From Selaginella moellendorffii (lineage: Eukaryota > Plantae > Lycopodiophyta), in contig NW_003314374.1 of NCBI RefSeq assembly GCF_000143415.4, positions 269,225 through 333,224 of the forward strand: a stretch of 64,000 nt of DNA. The letters are read 5' to 3'. The notes beneath the pieces were generated by a model. It did no database searches. It was not told the origin of the DNA and saw only the letters and a program-made list of their open reading frames with translations. Positions 13,261 to 26,471 of the stretch are shown one piece after another; within the stretch, counting starts at the first letter, position 1; every line of letters starts with the position of its first letter. The translations under genes were made by a program, and so were the position numbers.

Positions 13261-13347
13261 GGAAATTCTCCCATATTATTGATGAATCAAAGAATCGCTC
13301 AAACAAATCGAATCGCTGGAGCCTCTAGAACCACGGAACCTATCGAA

Positions 13348-13952
13348 TCAGTAGTGTGGGTGGCAGACCTGGCTAAAAGCGAAGGGCGCGACCTTGTAGA
13401 AGACCTCGTTCTTGAAGGTCTTGAGGTACGCAACGCCGGCGCCCTCCTTGCCCTTGCCCACATTGGTGATGATATCGCAGCTGTAGTCACTCGACTTGAC
13501 GAGCTTGGCCGTACACGTCTTGGTCTTGGCCACGTACGGCAGCTTCACCTGGTAGAACCCGTCATTGTCCGTACTGTCGCTCCCCTTGACCACTGCGCCC
13601 TTCTCGTTCTTGCACTCCACGGCCACCTCGCCACCTTTTTAGGTTCATACCACAATGTTACGATCTTCCTAGCGTATTCTCTTGTATACGTACCGACAAT
13701 GTGCTTCGTCCATTGGCCGTAGCAGCCCTGGCAGTAGACGTATCCCTGAATGACGGTGGTATCGACTTCGTAGTGCTGGGGGTAGCCGTAGTCGTGGCCG
13801 TATTTGGGCTCCTCGGGTGCCTTGGATGGGACTTCGGGGACCTTCTTCACCTCGTCCACCACCTTGTGTGGGACGTCGTATGAATCCACTGCGAGGGCGC
13901 ACACTGCGAGGGAGAGGGCGAGCAGCAAGATCAAACTCTTGTTGGAAGCCAT
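13348..13952 (-). CDS. Pollen Ole e 1 / extensin-like secreted protein
   Basis: Signal peptide, VIQGYVYCQGC, VAVECKN, TDNDGFYQVKL, CTAKLVKS..C; one intron. Confidence 0.85.
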
Positions 13953-14255
13953 CGCTAGCTTGTTTGATCTGGGAGAGAGCTACTTAAGATGATGGAAAAG
14001 CTAGAAAGAACGAGATTGCTTGATACTTCCAAGCTCTTGAGGTTTGTGGTTTTATATCCATGCGAGACGTGATATCATGCCATGATTTTTTCTACCAGAT
14101 CAAGTAAAACTTGTACCGATACTGGGAGAAGCAAGGTGTTATGGAGATTTGTGGCCACGTTATGGTCGTGCAATCACATTCTTTCCACGTCCCACTTTCT
14201 AGCCCGAGGGCTGCTTAATAAGATCAGAACATAGCAAGGCGATCGCGAGCAAGAA

Positions 14256-14801
14256 ATGGGTGCTACAAAGATCCTGGTTCTTCTTGGTGGAGTTTTACTC
14301 TCAAGTTTGATGGCAGCAGTGGAAGCTCTTGATCCTTACACAGCTCCGGGCAGTTCGCAAAGAATCAACGCCACCGTTGTTCAAGGCTACGTTTTCTGCC
14401 AGAATTGCTACAAGGACTGGAGCAGACATCTGGGAGGTGTGTTATGTTTGATCAATCTTACTTCGCTTGCTATGGACTTATCTTTTCCACTCCATCCAGG
14501 GGCTGAGGTTTCTGTAGAATGCACGGCGATTTCCACCGGCAAGCTCGTCGCCCTCGGCAAAGGAATTTCCCGCGAGAATGGCTACGTGGAAATCCGGTTG
14601 GATGGGTACGACTACAGCAGCAAGCTCAAGATCCACCGCTGCCTGGCGAAAATCGTCCGCTCACGGGACCCATCTTGCGATTATCGCACGAATGTAAATT
14701 CTGGATACAGCGGCGCCAAGCCCCAGTTCTCCGGAGTCGCGGGAAACATGGCCTATTTCACTACAAATGCGTTTTCTTTCACTCCAATGTGCTCCTATTG
14801 A
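14256..14801 (+). CDS. Pollen Ole e 1 family secreted protein
   Basis: Signal peptide, VVQGYVFCQNC, GAEVSVEC, SRENGYVEI, CLAKIVRS..C; one in-frame intron at about 14437-14499. Confidence 0.85.
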   Translation: MGATKILVLLGGVLLSSLMAAVEALDPYTAPGSSQRINATVVQGYVFCQNCYKDWSRHLGGVLCLINLTSLAMDLSFPLHPGAEVSVECTAISTGKLVALGKGISRENGYVEIRLDGYDYSSKLKIHRCLAKIVRSRDPSCDYRTNVNSGYSGAKPQFSGVAGNMAYFTTNAFSFTPMCSY

Positions 14802-14893
14802 TCAATAGCTTCTATGAATTCGCTCAATGCGGCAAGAACCCTAACAGCTTCATTTGGCGGCAAATTTTATTGAAAAACTTCTTTTTGTGAAAT

Positions 14894-15423
14894 TTAGGGT
14901 TCTTCGTCTTCGTCTGTACAGTAGGGCGTGAAAGCAAATGGGCCGGTTTTGTAGAACGCTTCGCCCATGAAAATCTTCTCGAATTCCAGCGCCGCTCCCT
15001 TCTTGCCGCCTCCAAGATCCGTGGCTGTGTCGCACGACCGATCGGGCGACGCGAGGATCATCGCCTTGCACGATTCGGGGGGATCGTAGACGCTCTTGTA
15101 GGTCTGGGGGAATTTGATCTGGAAGAAGCCATCGCGGTTCGATGCGGCCTCGCCGTAGCTCCCATCGCGGCATTCCACTCTCACCAATGCTCCTGGCATC
15201 GAGCAGATCGAGCAGAGGAATAGATCGAGCAAAGGAATCGACACATACCTGGGGAGGGCTTGTCGAAATTTCCATCACAATCCTGGCAGGAGACAAATCC
15301 TTGCACGACAGTCGTGAGATCAGTGGATGTTTCTTCCTGATCATCGCCATCCTCTGAATACTCCCCAGCAGCACTGGCATCGCCGAGAATCAATAGAAGA
15401 AGAAAGGCGTAGAGGAGCTGCAT
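14894..15423 (-). CDS. Pollen Ole e 1 family secreted protein
   Basis: MQLLYAFLLLLILGDA signal, VVQGFVSCQDC, GALVRVEC, SNRDGFFQI, CKAMILASP..C, GPFAFTP. Confidence 0.85.
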
Positions 15424-15626
15424 TGTCGAGGATAGAGCGAAGAATCCATCACGGAGCTTAAATCTTCGCAGTGGGAGGATCGTGCCATGACGAAGATCGT
15501 GAGAACATAAGAACCCTAGGCCTAGTAACAAGGAATAAATATTTGACTTCTTTGCTTGGTTTGCACTCCATCCGGCATCCTAGGGTTTTGTGTCGCTGCG
15601 AGCTCGGCAATCGATCGTGTGCGGCC

Positions 15627-17687
15627 ATGGAGGGAGGCGGGACGCTTGTGGATTTGTGCCTGGAAGCGGCATCGCGGAGCGCTGACAGTGTGAGATCTTG
15701 GCGTAGGCAGAGACGAACTCTGGAAATTTTACCGGCTCATCTCGCGGAATCGTTGCTTCATCAGCTACTTGTCAAGAATCTCTTCTCGCCTCCACTTCTA
15801 GAGTAAGCACAAGAATAGAAACGATCGATCTATAGAGAAACTCGTTTTAGCTTACACTCTTTTTTTTTCATAGGCTCTTCCAGTTAAGTGTCGAGGAACT
15901 GGATCTAAATGGAGAACTCAGTGTTGATGCCGAATGGATGGCCTACATCGGTGGATTTCGGCATTTGCGAGTTCTCAAAGTCGAAAGTTGCAAAGCCTTG
16001 AACAATTCAGCGATATGGCACCTCTCAGGCAAGCTCCATTTCTCTTTTGAAAGAAGACTTAGTTTTGCGGTTGGAATGTAGGAATGGAATCGATCGAGGA
16101 GCTACGAGTTGATCGTTGCTCCAAGATAACAAACCAAGGATTGGAACACATATTAACCCTCGGCAAGCTCAAGCACTTGGGACTCTCAGAAACGGGGATT
16201 GGAGAGCAAGGGATTGGAAAGTTGGCTGTTCTTAGGAACCTGTCTCATTTGGATCTTGGCGGCTTGCCTGTGACAGACTCTCATGTTTCTTCGCTTCTGG
16301 TAAGCATGTATTCTATAACAGAAATAGATTTTTGATCGACTTGCAAAAGTACCTTCCAGGTACTTCAACACTTGATCGACCTCCAACTCTGGGGTAGCAG
16401 CATAACAAACGAAGGAGCAAATATGCTGAAGGGCTTTCCCAGGCTGGAAATACTGAACCTGGCATGGACAAAGGTTTCGGTGGTTCCCTCCATGCCGAGA
16501 GTGTCACAGCTGAATCTCTCTCACTGCGTGGTTCTATCGGTTTCCGAAGAAGGGTCAGCTCTCGATCAACTTCGTCTGTCCGGAGCAACTATGCAGGATC
16601 CACTCAGAGTCCTCCACAGTCACTCACTCCCCGAGCTCTCCGTGCTCGAGTTATCTGCGACCAACCTGGCAGCTTTGACCTTCCTTGGCAGCTTGAAGCG
16701 AGTAGTCAAGCTCGATCTGAGCTCAATGCCAAGCGTCTCGAGTGACACCATGAATCTGCTGGCCAAGTGTGCGAGGAATCTAAAACACCTTGATCTCAGT
16801 GACACACGAGTTGGCTCAGAAGGCGTAGCAGTTTTGACTGGTCACGTTCCAGCTCTGGAGCATCTTTCACTCAGGGGCACCTCGATTACGGATAGTGTGT
16901 TTGGTTACTTGGGGCTGATGCCGTCGTTGATTGACATTGACCTCAGTAACACGAGCTTGACAGGTATGCCAGTTTTCGAGTTTACGAAAGTTTCTTATAC
17001 TTGTGCTTTGTGCATGCAGGCGCTCCTGTAGACTCTTCGTTTTGGTCTGTGCTTCATCTCCAGCAGCTCCACAACCTGAGACGATTGGACTTGCGTCGCA
17101 CGCGATTTTCTGATAAGAGCTGCAAGCGACTCGCTTGTTTGGTGCGGTTAACACACCTGCTCTTGTGCGCCGAGTTTTTAACCGATGCATCGCTTCACGA
17201 GCTTTCTGCTCTCCCGAACCTGCGAAGCCTTGCGTTTCAAGGGACAGTGTTGACAGACGCAGGCCTGCGCTCGTTGAAGCCGCCGCTTCTGTTGGAAGAG
17301 CTTGATCTGACGGACTGCTGGCTACTCACGGAAGGCTGTCTTCTTCAGTTCTGTGATTACTATCGCAGCGTAACTGTGAAGCACGATCGTATAGCTGGAA
17401 ACCTTAACTCTCAACGGTCATCGGTCAGACGGATGCAAGTCAAGAACCCGCATGTTCCAGTGAAGACGCAGGGTAAAATTGGAAGAGGTACTTGAATTTG
17501 ACTCGCAAGGAAAACGTTCACTTACGAAATGTGTGTTCCAGATGAACGGATTCGATATACATTCTCTGAGCTGCACGAGTTAAGAGGCTTAACGTCAGAA
17601 GTGGCCGCCTGGGAAATGAGTACCTTACCTCGAGAACTTTCACGAACTTTACAAGATGAGGATCACATCGAGCCATCGTCGAGCTGA
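15627..17687 (+). CDS. Leucine-rich repeat protein, CERES-like (C-terminal eIF4E-binding-type motif)
   Basis: N-terminal LVDLCLEAA..WRRQRRTLEILP, many LxxLxLS.T.I repeats, last exon DERIRYTFSELHEL. The architecture matches plant CERES. Confidence 0.78.
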
Positions 17688-17703
17688 GCCCCACGCTGAG
17701 TAC

Positions 17704-20645
17704 TTATGAGAGATGCTGTACACGTCCGTAAAGCTCTAGCGTGTCCGAGTGGGTCGGATCAATGGACAAAGCAGCGCGGCAGTCACGGAGAGCGTCTGAT
17801 ATTTCTCCGCTGCATTCATGAAAAGCGGCACGGAGGTGGAGAAGCTGTAAGTCGGCCTTGAAAGCTATGGCTTTTGAGAGCTCGGCTATGGCTTCTCGAT
17901 CTCGCTGGCTGTCCATAGCAACTGGAGAAAAACGATGGAACAACCAAGTAAGTTTCAAGTAAAAAAGCTGTCTGTAGTTTCTGATGCGATGACGTACCTG
18001 CTGCTCGGTATCTGTATGGATAGGTCCGGAGCGGATCAATTTGCGTCACCATGCTTAAGTCGGCCATGACCAGATCGCGATCACAGTACTCAGCTCGCTT
18101 TTCATATGCCGACGCGTTATTCATCGACTTTTCGATCAACTTTGTCATCTCATCAAAAGCGGATTTGCGGTCTCCCTGCAAGAAATAGACACGAGCCAGG
18201 CCTTGATGAGCTCGAGTGTGCCGAATCTTCAGTGCGTTGACGTAGCAGTCCAGAGCTTGCTCCAGCTTTCCACAATCGACATAGACGCTTCCCAAGTTGT
18301 TGAGAGCCTGCGGTCGAGAAGTTATGTCAAGCTTTCGACGGACGTGTTTTGTACCTGGCCTTTGCGAAGCCCGTCGGACGGACACTTGAGCGCTTCTTCC
18401 AGCAGTCCAATAACTTTGGTGGACGCTGTCGGATCCAAACTGGTGTCTGCCAGGGCGTATGCTTTGAGAAAGAAAGCTTCGAAGGATCTCTGGAGGGATA
18501 TAGACTCCTCCGCCTTTCTGAGTGCTTCTTGGCGGTGTCCAGTATCGTAAAGAAGCCATCCTTCGTAGACGAGCTTTTCCTGGTTGTTATCGGCGTGCTC
18601 TCGAGCCAGCCTCAAGCTTCTCAACGCGGCCTTTGGACAACTTAGCCTGTGCACAAGCAAGTATTTACATATTCAACCAGTCAGCTCGTAGAAACTAAGG
18701 TGGTGAAAGTTTCGACAGACCTGAGCAGCAGCAGAGATTGCCGGAAGAAAAGCAGGCCTTTCGAAGACTCAGCTTCCGTTTCCAGCATCTGGTGAACGAC
18801 TGCTAGAGACGATATGTCATCGACAGATGACCAGTGATCATATAACTTCATCCAGCAATCTGCCTTGGTCCACTGCACCACATGCTGCTTGAGAAGATCC
18901 AGGAGCTGCGAAGCACAGACGCGTCCAGAGTACATCCTGTACCCAGGATCGAAAGTCAAGAGCGCCCGCAAGTCCCTCACAGCAGCCTCGTAATCGAGCA
19001 GCGCCAGACTGAAGTAAACTCTGAGCTCCAGGCAGTCCTTGGTGATGCAGAATCGCAAGACTCGACTTATCTCCGTGATAGCCTCGTGAACTTTCTTCTC
19101 GTCCATCAAGACCGCAGCTCGGTACTTGTAAGGATACGTCAGAGTTGGATCAAGCTCGGTGGCCGTGTTGAGATCCGAGAGCTTGTCATGGCCGAGACAG
19201 TACAGGGACTTCTCTTCGAACATCCAGCCGCTGTTCTTGTAGCAAGCGATGATGCTCGCGGCTTCCGAGTAGGCCGCCATCCTGTGACCTCGCATATACT
19301 TCACTCTCGCGACACCGGCCAGCGAGTATATGTGGCCTTCGTCAGCGGCAGCCTCGAAGAACTCGTGAGCTTCTTTGTACTGCTTCCTGGCGAGCATCGA
19401 GCAGCCGAGCTGGTGCAACGCGAGAGCTCTCTGCCTGGACGACACCGCACAGTCTTTGGCGAAGTGGAGCAGCTTGACCGTCATGTCGGACGAGAAGTCG
19501 TCGTCCATGGCAGCTTGGCCGAGCAGGCAGTAGAGAGAAAACGACGAGTGGCCGACCGCCGACAGCCTCTTGCGCCCATCCTGCGTGGAAAACAGCTTGG
19601 ACACCGGGGCAATGTACAGCGACTTCGGCAGCTCTCGCAGGAAGACTTGCAAGCAGGCTCCGACCAGGGACTGGGCGTTCTCGTCGAGAGCGCAGTCGAG
19701 AAAGGTGATGGCGTCCTGGAGGGTGTGGACGCACGTAGCCAGCCGCTGGTCGCAGGCCTCCTTCAACTTATCGCAGAAGAACTTGTTGGCGAACGTCATG
19801 ACTTCGATGACGACGGTGGGGGAGGGCCTGCCGATGGTTCCCGTGCGAGCAAACTTGTCCACGGCTCTCATCCCCATGGCCGAGATCCCGTTCCTGGAGA
19901 ACTCGATGTTGGTCCTCCTCGACTCGGTGAAGCAGCCGTTGAGCATGGCGTCGAAAGGCAGGCTGAGAGCGGCCATCTTTTGCCGGTTGCAGTAAATCCG
20001 ATCACCCTCTACGTGGAAGACTACGTCCGAGAAGTGCCACCTCTCGTGCTGCTGCTGCTGCTGCTGCTGCTCGTCCTCATCGCAGTAATCTAGAGCTAGG
20101 CAGGGGATATGATCGGCCAACCTGGTGGAAGTAGCGGCAGCTCGGTGACTAGCGCTCTCGCCCGGGTTCTCATCGAGCTCCTCACCCCGCCTCTCGAACT
20201 TGAGCCAGGCAGCGATGACGAGCTTGTGGTGATTGGTGGTGGCGTGCTGGCGAGCGAGACGGAGGCTCCGGCGGAGGAGCTTGAGCTCGCCGAGGCCACG
20301 GAAGACGAACGACTGCTCCAGGTAGAGTCGAGACTTTTCTTGGTTGGATGTAGCAACGCCTAGCTCTTTATGGATTTCAGCCAGCGTCGAGACGTAGTCC
20401 ACGGGCTTGAAGTTCGGATTGATGGGTGGATCTGCGAGCTTCGGAAGAAACATGCTGGAGGAAGGAAAACAATCACAATCAAAAAGAGCGAAGAACAAGG
20501 TGAGAATTTGTCTATCCATTGAGAGAGCGGAGAGAGCTTACCTTTGGGAGGAGTCCTTTTGATGGACAGGCTTCGATGCCGCTGTTGGTGCTGGCTTCTC
20601 CGACGATGCGACATGGAGGATGTGGATATCCTTGCAAATTCCCAT
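17704..20645 (-). CDS. ETO1: ETHYLENE OVERPRODUCER 1-like BTB-TPR protein
   Basis: FKPVDYVSTLAE, AWLKFERR, BTB (NRQKMAALSLPFDAMLNGCFTES), ATELDPTLTYPYKYRAA, CPSDGLRKGQALNNLGSVYVDC. First exon MGICKDIH.. splices in frame to SMFLPK. Confidence 0.92.
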
Positions 20646-21424
20646 TGCTGCGAAAGCACAGCCAAAGAAATGCTGCTCTGCTCGCTCACGCCATCGCCCT
20701 CCAAGTTCTATCGCTCATCGCCTTCCGAGCTCTATCCAGATTGAAGAGAAGAAGCGGTTTGAAACTCATCGCAGGACAAAGGGTCCGGGAAGAACCCCAG
20801 AAGATAAAAGAGGAAGAAGAGACCCAAAAGCTAACCAGATAGACAAAATGAGAAAGAGGAAGTAGCCAGAATGTGGGTTCTTTGTTGGAACCATTTTAAA
20901 TGCTGCGAGCAGATACCCAGTCTGGGCATCTGGCTGCTCAACGACACTCTCGCAAAAGCCACAAAGGGCTTTGAATTCTCGCCATAGCTAGCTTGCTCGA
21001 TAGAGAGAAAACAAAACAACACACGTCAAGCCCGTCATACCCGTCAGACAATTTCGTACACAGTGTGTACGGCCAGATTAATTTTCCAGCTGGCCAATGT
21101 GATTTGATCTCCCATCTATCTTGCTTTGTTTGTTCTTGCGGTATTGTCAGCGAATTTAGACAAGGTAGTGATCTTTGAATGCTCCATTCAATGGTCGTGA
21201 AGTTCGTTGCTGGAAGTATTTTACGTGTTTAAAGTGGAATGCGACGGAGACATTCTCGTGTGTGTGCTGTACATGAAAGAGTTTGAATCTGGCCGCTGGA
21301 TTAGAATCGCATCCAACGGCGGAGGTTCGTTAGGGCTTTAGAACACGTGGCTAGGGATTATCTTTGAATCGACGGCGGAGATTCAAGCAATCTAGGCGCC
21401 CTTGTTTGTGTGGTGGTGTTGGCT

Positions 21425-22654
21425 ATGGCGGCCATTGGACGAGCGTGTGGATTTCCGCCGGTCGGGCTTGCGGCGCCGATCTCTCGCAGGAATTCCGCGC
21501 ACTGGATTGTTACTCGCAGCGGCAATGGCGCGGCGATCAGGCGTGTCATTGTGAGAGCGGCTGGGGTTGATTTGGATGCGGCAGCTCCGGCGGCAAGCTC
21601 AGGAACCAAGAGCAAGGAAATTGCTCCTGATAACAGCTGGTCGATCACAAAGGTGTGTTGACTTTGATCTTTCTTGCCGATTGGGAAACATTGTGTTGAT
21701 TTTAGACATCTTTTGGAACAATTGGACTCTTTCTCGGCTCAGGACTTCTCTCGTAAGCTTCAAGTTACAAAGAAAGTATCGGTTGATATGAATTCTCTTT
21801 TTTTTTTTTGTTCTTTCGCATATGAAGATATGGTTTTGGCGCATACTTTACCATTCTACCAGGATCAGAATGGTCCTCGTTGATGCTAACGTATGGATTT
21901 CCACTCGCGATCATTGGAATGGCGCTCAAGGTATATTGTCATGCATGAAGCTGGAGCTTTAATCTTTGTTTGGAACTTTTCAGTATGCTGAGCTCAAGCC
22001 CGTGCCTTGCACAACTTACGCGGATGCTCTGGCATTGAGAGAATCACAAGCGACTCCAATTCTCAAGCAGGTAAAAAGGAAAGTTTTCTTCGTTTCCTTT
22101 TTTAGATGGTTTCGTTCGTGATGCTTGAACAGGTTAGAGAAGACGTGATCCGGTATAGATACGGAGATGAGCAGCACCTGGAAGAGGCGCTCAAGAGAAT
22201 TTTTCGCTACGGCCAGGTATAAAAACTAGCCAATTCCTCTCAGTCAGGTACAGCAGCATTCTCAACACTTGCGAGTATAAACTAAAAATCGAGAGGCTCA
22301 ATTCGCAGGGAGGAGGGATCCAAGCTCGCAATGGCCCAGTTCTCCAATCCATTCGCGAGGAAGTGAGTGACCAAGGCAAGTACACGCTCGTCCTCGTCTT
22401 CAAAGCCAAGGCTCTCCAGCTCGAAGATTTTCTCACTCGTCAAGTAAGCGAACTTTTCTTGGTTGCCACAAATCACATTTGTTTTGTTTCTTTCAGGCCA
22501 AATTCACATCTTTCTTCGGCCCCGGGGTGACAGCCAACATTGGTAGGAGTTTTCTCGTGTTCTTGAAAGTTTTTAATCCTTCTTTACTATCGCAGAATCG
22601 ACCGGCGATAGCGTCTTCGAAGTGAAATTGATTGCTGATGGTGGAACTGTATAA
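21425..22654 (+). CDS. APE1: ACCLIMATION OF PHOTOSYNTHESIS TO ENVIRONMENT 1 (DUF2854 thylakoid protein)
   Basis: Transit peptide; exons encode LMLTYGFPLAIIGMALK|YAELKPVPC, YRYGDEQHLEEALKRIF, AKFTSFFGPG. Confidence 0.88.
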
Positions 22655-22849
22655 AGTAATGTAAGTAATACTTTGTGTAAAGATTGTATTTTTCTCTATA
22701 AATTTCACCGAGTTTGGAAATTTGTACAGAATTAAATTCATATGAAGCTTACATCGGCCGAAATTTCAGCACCTAGAGTTGCGATTCAGGCAATTCCAGT
22801 GCTATGAATCAACAGGGGAAAGAAAGTCTCACAATTCTCGCAATTTCTC

Positions 22850-24011
22850 TCCAACCGAGTGAAGTTTACCTTCAAAGAAAAGGAGAATGGGCAAAGAAAC
22901 CCTCGCAAAGTTTCTCCTTGATAGTCGCTTCATGGGTTTCATGGAATGTGATAATCTACAGAGAGGATGTCGTTCGTGTTCTTCCACCTACAAGTTTTGA
23001 AGAAGATCATCCCTGCAGCAGATCCCTTGGTAATCTTTCTCCTCCATGTTTGGTTTGCTACCTTCCTGTGGATCTGAAAGCTCATCCTCTCGACTCTCAC
23101 TTATGTCCACTGGGAGTTTGGAGACTCCACACCACGTTGCAGCCTCGAAGAACGGCGAGAATCATTTAAGATCAGAGAGTCGATGGAAGTTCCGTGTGGA
23201 TTCGCCAGGCCGGAGTCCTACCCGGGAGAAAGGGCTCCGGATTCGAGATCCAGGAGGAGGCCGACATGGATTACCTCCAAGGATGCAAGGGAATCGTCGT
23301 AGCCTCTGCGATTTTCGGCGACTATGACGTGTTGAAGCCGCCCGCCAACTTGAGCAGCACCAGCACCAGCGTCGCAATGTTTGTGGACGACGAGACCCTG
23401 AAAACTCTCCAGAGAGAAAGAGCTGAAACCGGGGCCTGGAGGATCATCCGCGTACGAAGCGCCACATACGGGCGAGACAACCGATCCAAGGGAAAGATTC
23501 CAAAGATGCTGCTGCACAGGCTCGTCCCAAACGCGCGCTTCTCCATCTGGATTGATGCCAAGCTCCAGATAGTAGTGGATCCCATCCAGATGCTCGAGAG
23601 ATTCCTGTGAAGGAGCGGCGATACCATGGCCATCGCCAACCATTACGTGCGCTCGGATGCGTTTGACGAGGCGAAGGCGATCATTCGATACAAGAGGTAC
23701 GACAACAAAACCAAGCTTGATGCGCAGATGGAGTTCTACCGTACGCAAGATGGTCCCGTCCCGTACGACCGCGCCACCAGGATGCCGCTGGTGACTGACG
23801 TTCCTGAAAGCTGTGTGATCATCAGGGAGCACACTCCGATCGCGAATCTGTTTTCGTGCCTCTGGTTCAACGAGCTCGACAGGTTTACACCGCGTGATCA
23901 GGTGAGCTTTGCGGTGGTGCGTGACAAGATCATCGCGCAAGTGCCATGGCGGATCACTGTCTTTCAGGATTGTGAGAGGCGAAACTTTGTGTGGACAACA
24001 CCGCACAAATA
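22850..24011 (+). pseudogene. DUF616 (MUCI70/TOD1-like) glycosyltransferase pseudogene, apparently intronless
   Basis: PCLVCYLPV, IVVASAIFGDYD, GKIPKMLLHRL.PNARFSIWIDAKL, REHTP.ANLFSCLWFNE.DRFTPRDQ. In-frame TGA at 23608-23610 and frameshifts near 23100-23240. Confidence 0.85.
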
Positions 24012-24272
24012 ATTCAATCCCATTTGTAATTTGACACATAATAAATATGTTTTTGACATATAAGAAATCTAACTCAAGACTTCAAGGGAATTTTCCAAAT
24101 CATTCATTCATTCACATACTGTTTACACAATCTTGCTAGTGTAAAGCATGAGACCAAAAGATTCATTTTGAAGACTGTTGTAATCATTTGTAAAACTTAG
24201 TTGTAATTTGGTTTATTAAAAAAATGTTGATTTAAAGCTCTACTGTTTTAGGTTTTTAGGGTTTACAGGCAA

Positions 24273-26011
24273 ATGGCGAGCGAGCAAATCCAGCGCTCCC
24301 AGCAATCGCAGCAGCCACTGCAGCAGCCGCTGGCGATCGTGAGCAGCAGTGGCGGGAGCGCGCCTGGCTCTTCGGAGAAGATCAATTTCAAGGCACTGCA
24401 CGTCCGGGAGTTCTCGGGCCACAAGAAGAAGGTTTGTGGAGACTTCTTCTAGGAGAAATTTCAAGCTTTGTTCCTGCCAGGTACATTCTGTGGCCTGGAA
24501 TTGCACGGGAAAGAAGCTCGCGTCTGGCTCCATCGATCAGACTGCTCGCATTTGGCATGTGGAACCTCACGGGCATGTAAGTTCTTTTTCTTTGGCGCTC
24601 GAAATCCTCTTTTATGTTTTCGTTTCTTTGTATCTGACAGAGTAAGAACACAAATTTCTTCGTGCTCACGGATTTTTCTTTTCCGTTCTTTTCTTTCTTT
24701 TTTCTTTTCAGAGTAAGAACAAGGATATAGAACTTAAAGGACACAGTGATAGCGTCGATCAGCTGTGCTGGGACCCCAGACACGCCGACCTTCTTGCGAC
24801 AGCGTCCGGGGATAAGACTGTTCGTCTCTGGGATGCTCGCAGTAAGTATAGCGATTGATCTTCTATTTTCTCGTCAGCCCACTCACTCAATCGTTTTCAG
24901 CTGGGAAGTGTTCACAGCAGGTTGAGTTGAGTGGTGAGAACATCAATATCACTTTCAAACCAGATGGAACACACATTGCTGTCGGTAACAGGGTAAGCCA
25001 GTGACAATGGAATCCTTTCTTTTGGCTCTCTTCCAACCAAGATCTACCTGCAGGACGACGAGCTTACCATTATTGATGTTCGTAAGTTCAAGCCTCTCCA
25101 AAAACGAAAATTTGCCTATGAAGTAAGAAGCATAAATATTGTTTTGAGGCTCTAAGTACTTGTTTCCACTTCAGGTGAACGAAATAGCTTGGAATAGCAC
25201 TGGGGAGCTCTTCTTCCTGACAACTGGGAATGGTGAGGTATTTTTCACCTTTGCTCGCGAGCTGCTCAATATTGAGTGTTTCAGGAGGGTTTGGTACTGC
25301 AGGGACTGTCGAGGTTCTATCGTATCCATCGCTGCAAACACTCCAGACGCTCATTGGTCATACAGCCGGCTGCTACTGCATCGCTATAGATCCTACTGGC
25401 AGGCAGGTTTGCTGCTCGAAATTCCTGTGAAAAGTTCCTCAGCTTTTTTTCCTTTTTTCCCTCTACATTCTCAGATACTTTGCGGTTGGAAGCGCGGACG
25501 CTTTGGTCAGCCTGTGGGATGCGTCCGAAATGCTGTGTGTTAGGACCTTCACAAAACTCGAGTAAGTAGCCCAACTTATACTTCTCTTTCGTAAACTTCA
25601 CATAAACGAACGCTTTTTTCTCCAGATGGCCTGTGAGGACGATAAGCATAAGTCACGACGGCCAGTACCTTGCTTCCGCGAGCGAAGATCTCTTCATTGG
25701 AATTGTAAGCTACTTTTTTCTGCTCCCACTTTTCTCTCGCTTCGAGATGGATCAACCTTACGGAAAGCTGTGACTGCCTACCACAGGCGGAGGTGGAAAC
25801 TGGAAGATCGGTACACCAGATTCCGTGCCGGGCAGCCATGAACAGCGTCGAGTGGAATCCAAAGTACAATCTCCTGGCATTTGCAGCGGACAAGCAAGTC
25901 GACAAGTACCAAACCGACGAAGGTATGCACTGCTCATCGGTCTCTCCTTCCGAAAAAAAATCGTTTTTTGTCACAGGTGTTTTTCGAATCTATGGCTTTG
26001 AAAGTCCCTGA
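24273..26011 (+). CDS. TEX1: THO complex subunit 3 (WD40)
   Basis: GHKKK|VHSVAWNCTGKKLASGSIDQTARIW, ELKGHSDSVDQLCWDP, GHTAGCYCIAIDPTG, CRAAMNSVEWNPKYNLLAFA. Confidence 0.9.
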
Positions 26012-26471
26012 CCAGGATATTCCATTTGTTTGTGAGGAATATTCTGGTAGCTTTGAAGATGTTTCGCGCACATTCTGGCAGCGAATATTCGCGGCTGTGC
26101 CCGGACAATATTCCCCCTCTCTCCTCTCTTTCCTGGGTCATGACCCGTCGATGAGTGGAATACCGCCATAGCTAGGGTTGCGCGAGGCGCGTGAGGGCGT
26201 GGGCGAGGGTTTGGGCACGGGAATTTTTCCTCTCAAGCGGCGTCGAGCGATTCTCTCTTTGGCGCTTTGCTTCCTCTCGCCGCGCGCGCGCATCTGATGA
26301 TCCAAACGTTCCTCCTCTTGGTCGCGGTCGTCATCTTCTTCAGGCTGCTTACCAGCGGGTGCGCGCTCACAAAAACCCCTTTGCCATTCTCTGGATCGAT
26401 ATTTTAGGGTTCTTACCTAGGGATTCTTTGGGTGTGTTGATAGGCTCAACGCGGCAATTGCGTCACACCGT

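Noticed and set aside
20048-20071. CAG/polyQ tract in ETO1
   Set aside because: Short microsatellite in a variable linker; ordinary
18882-20093. 403-aa plus-strand ORF
   Set aside because: Antisense to the long ETO1 exon; explained by codon bias
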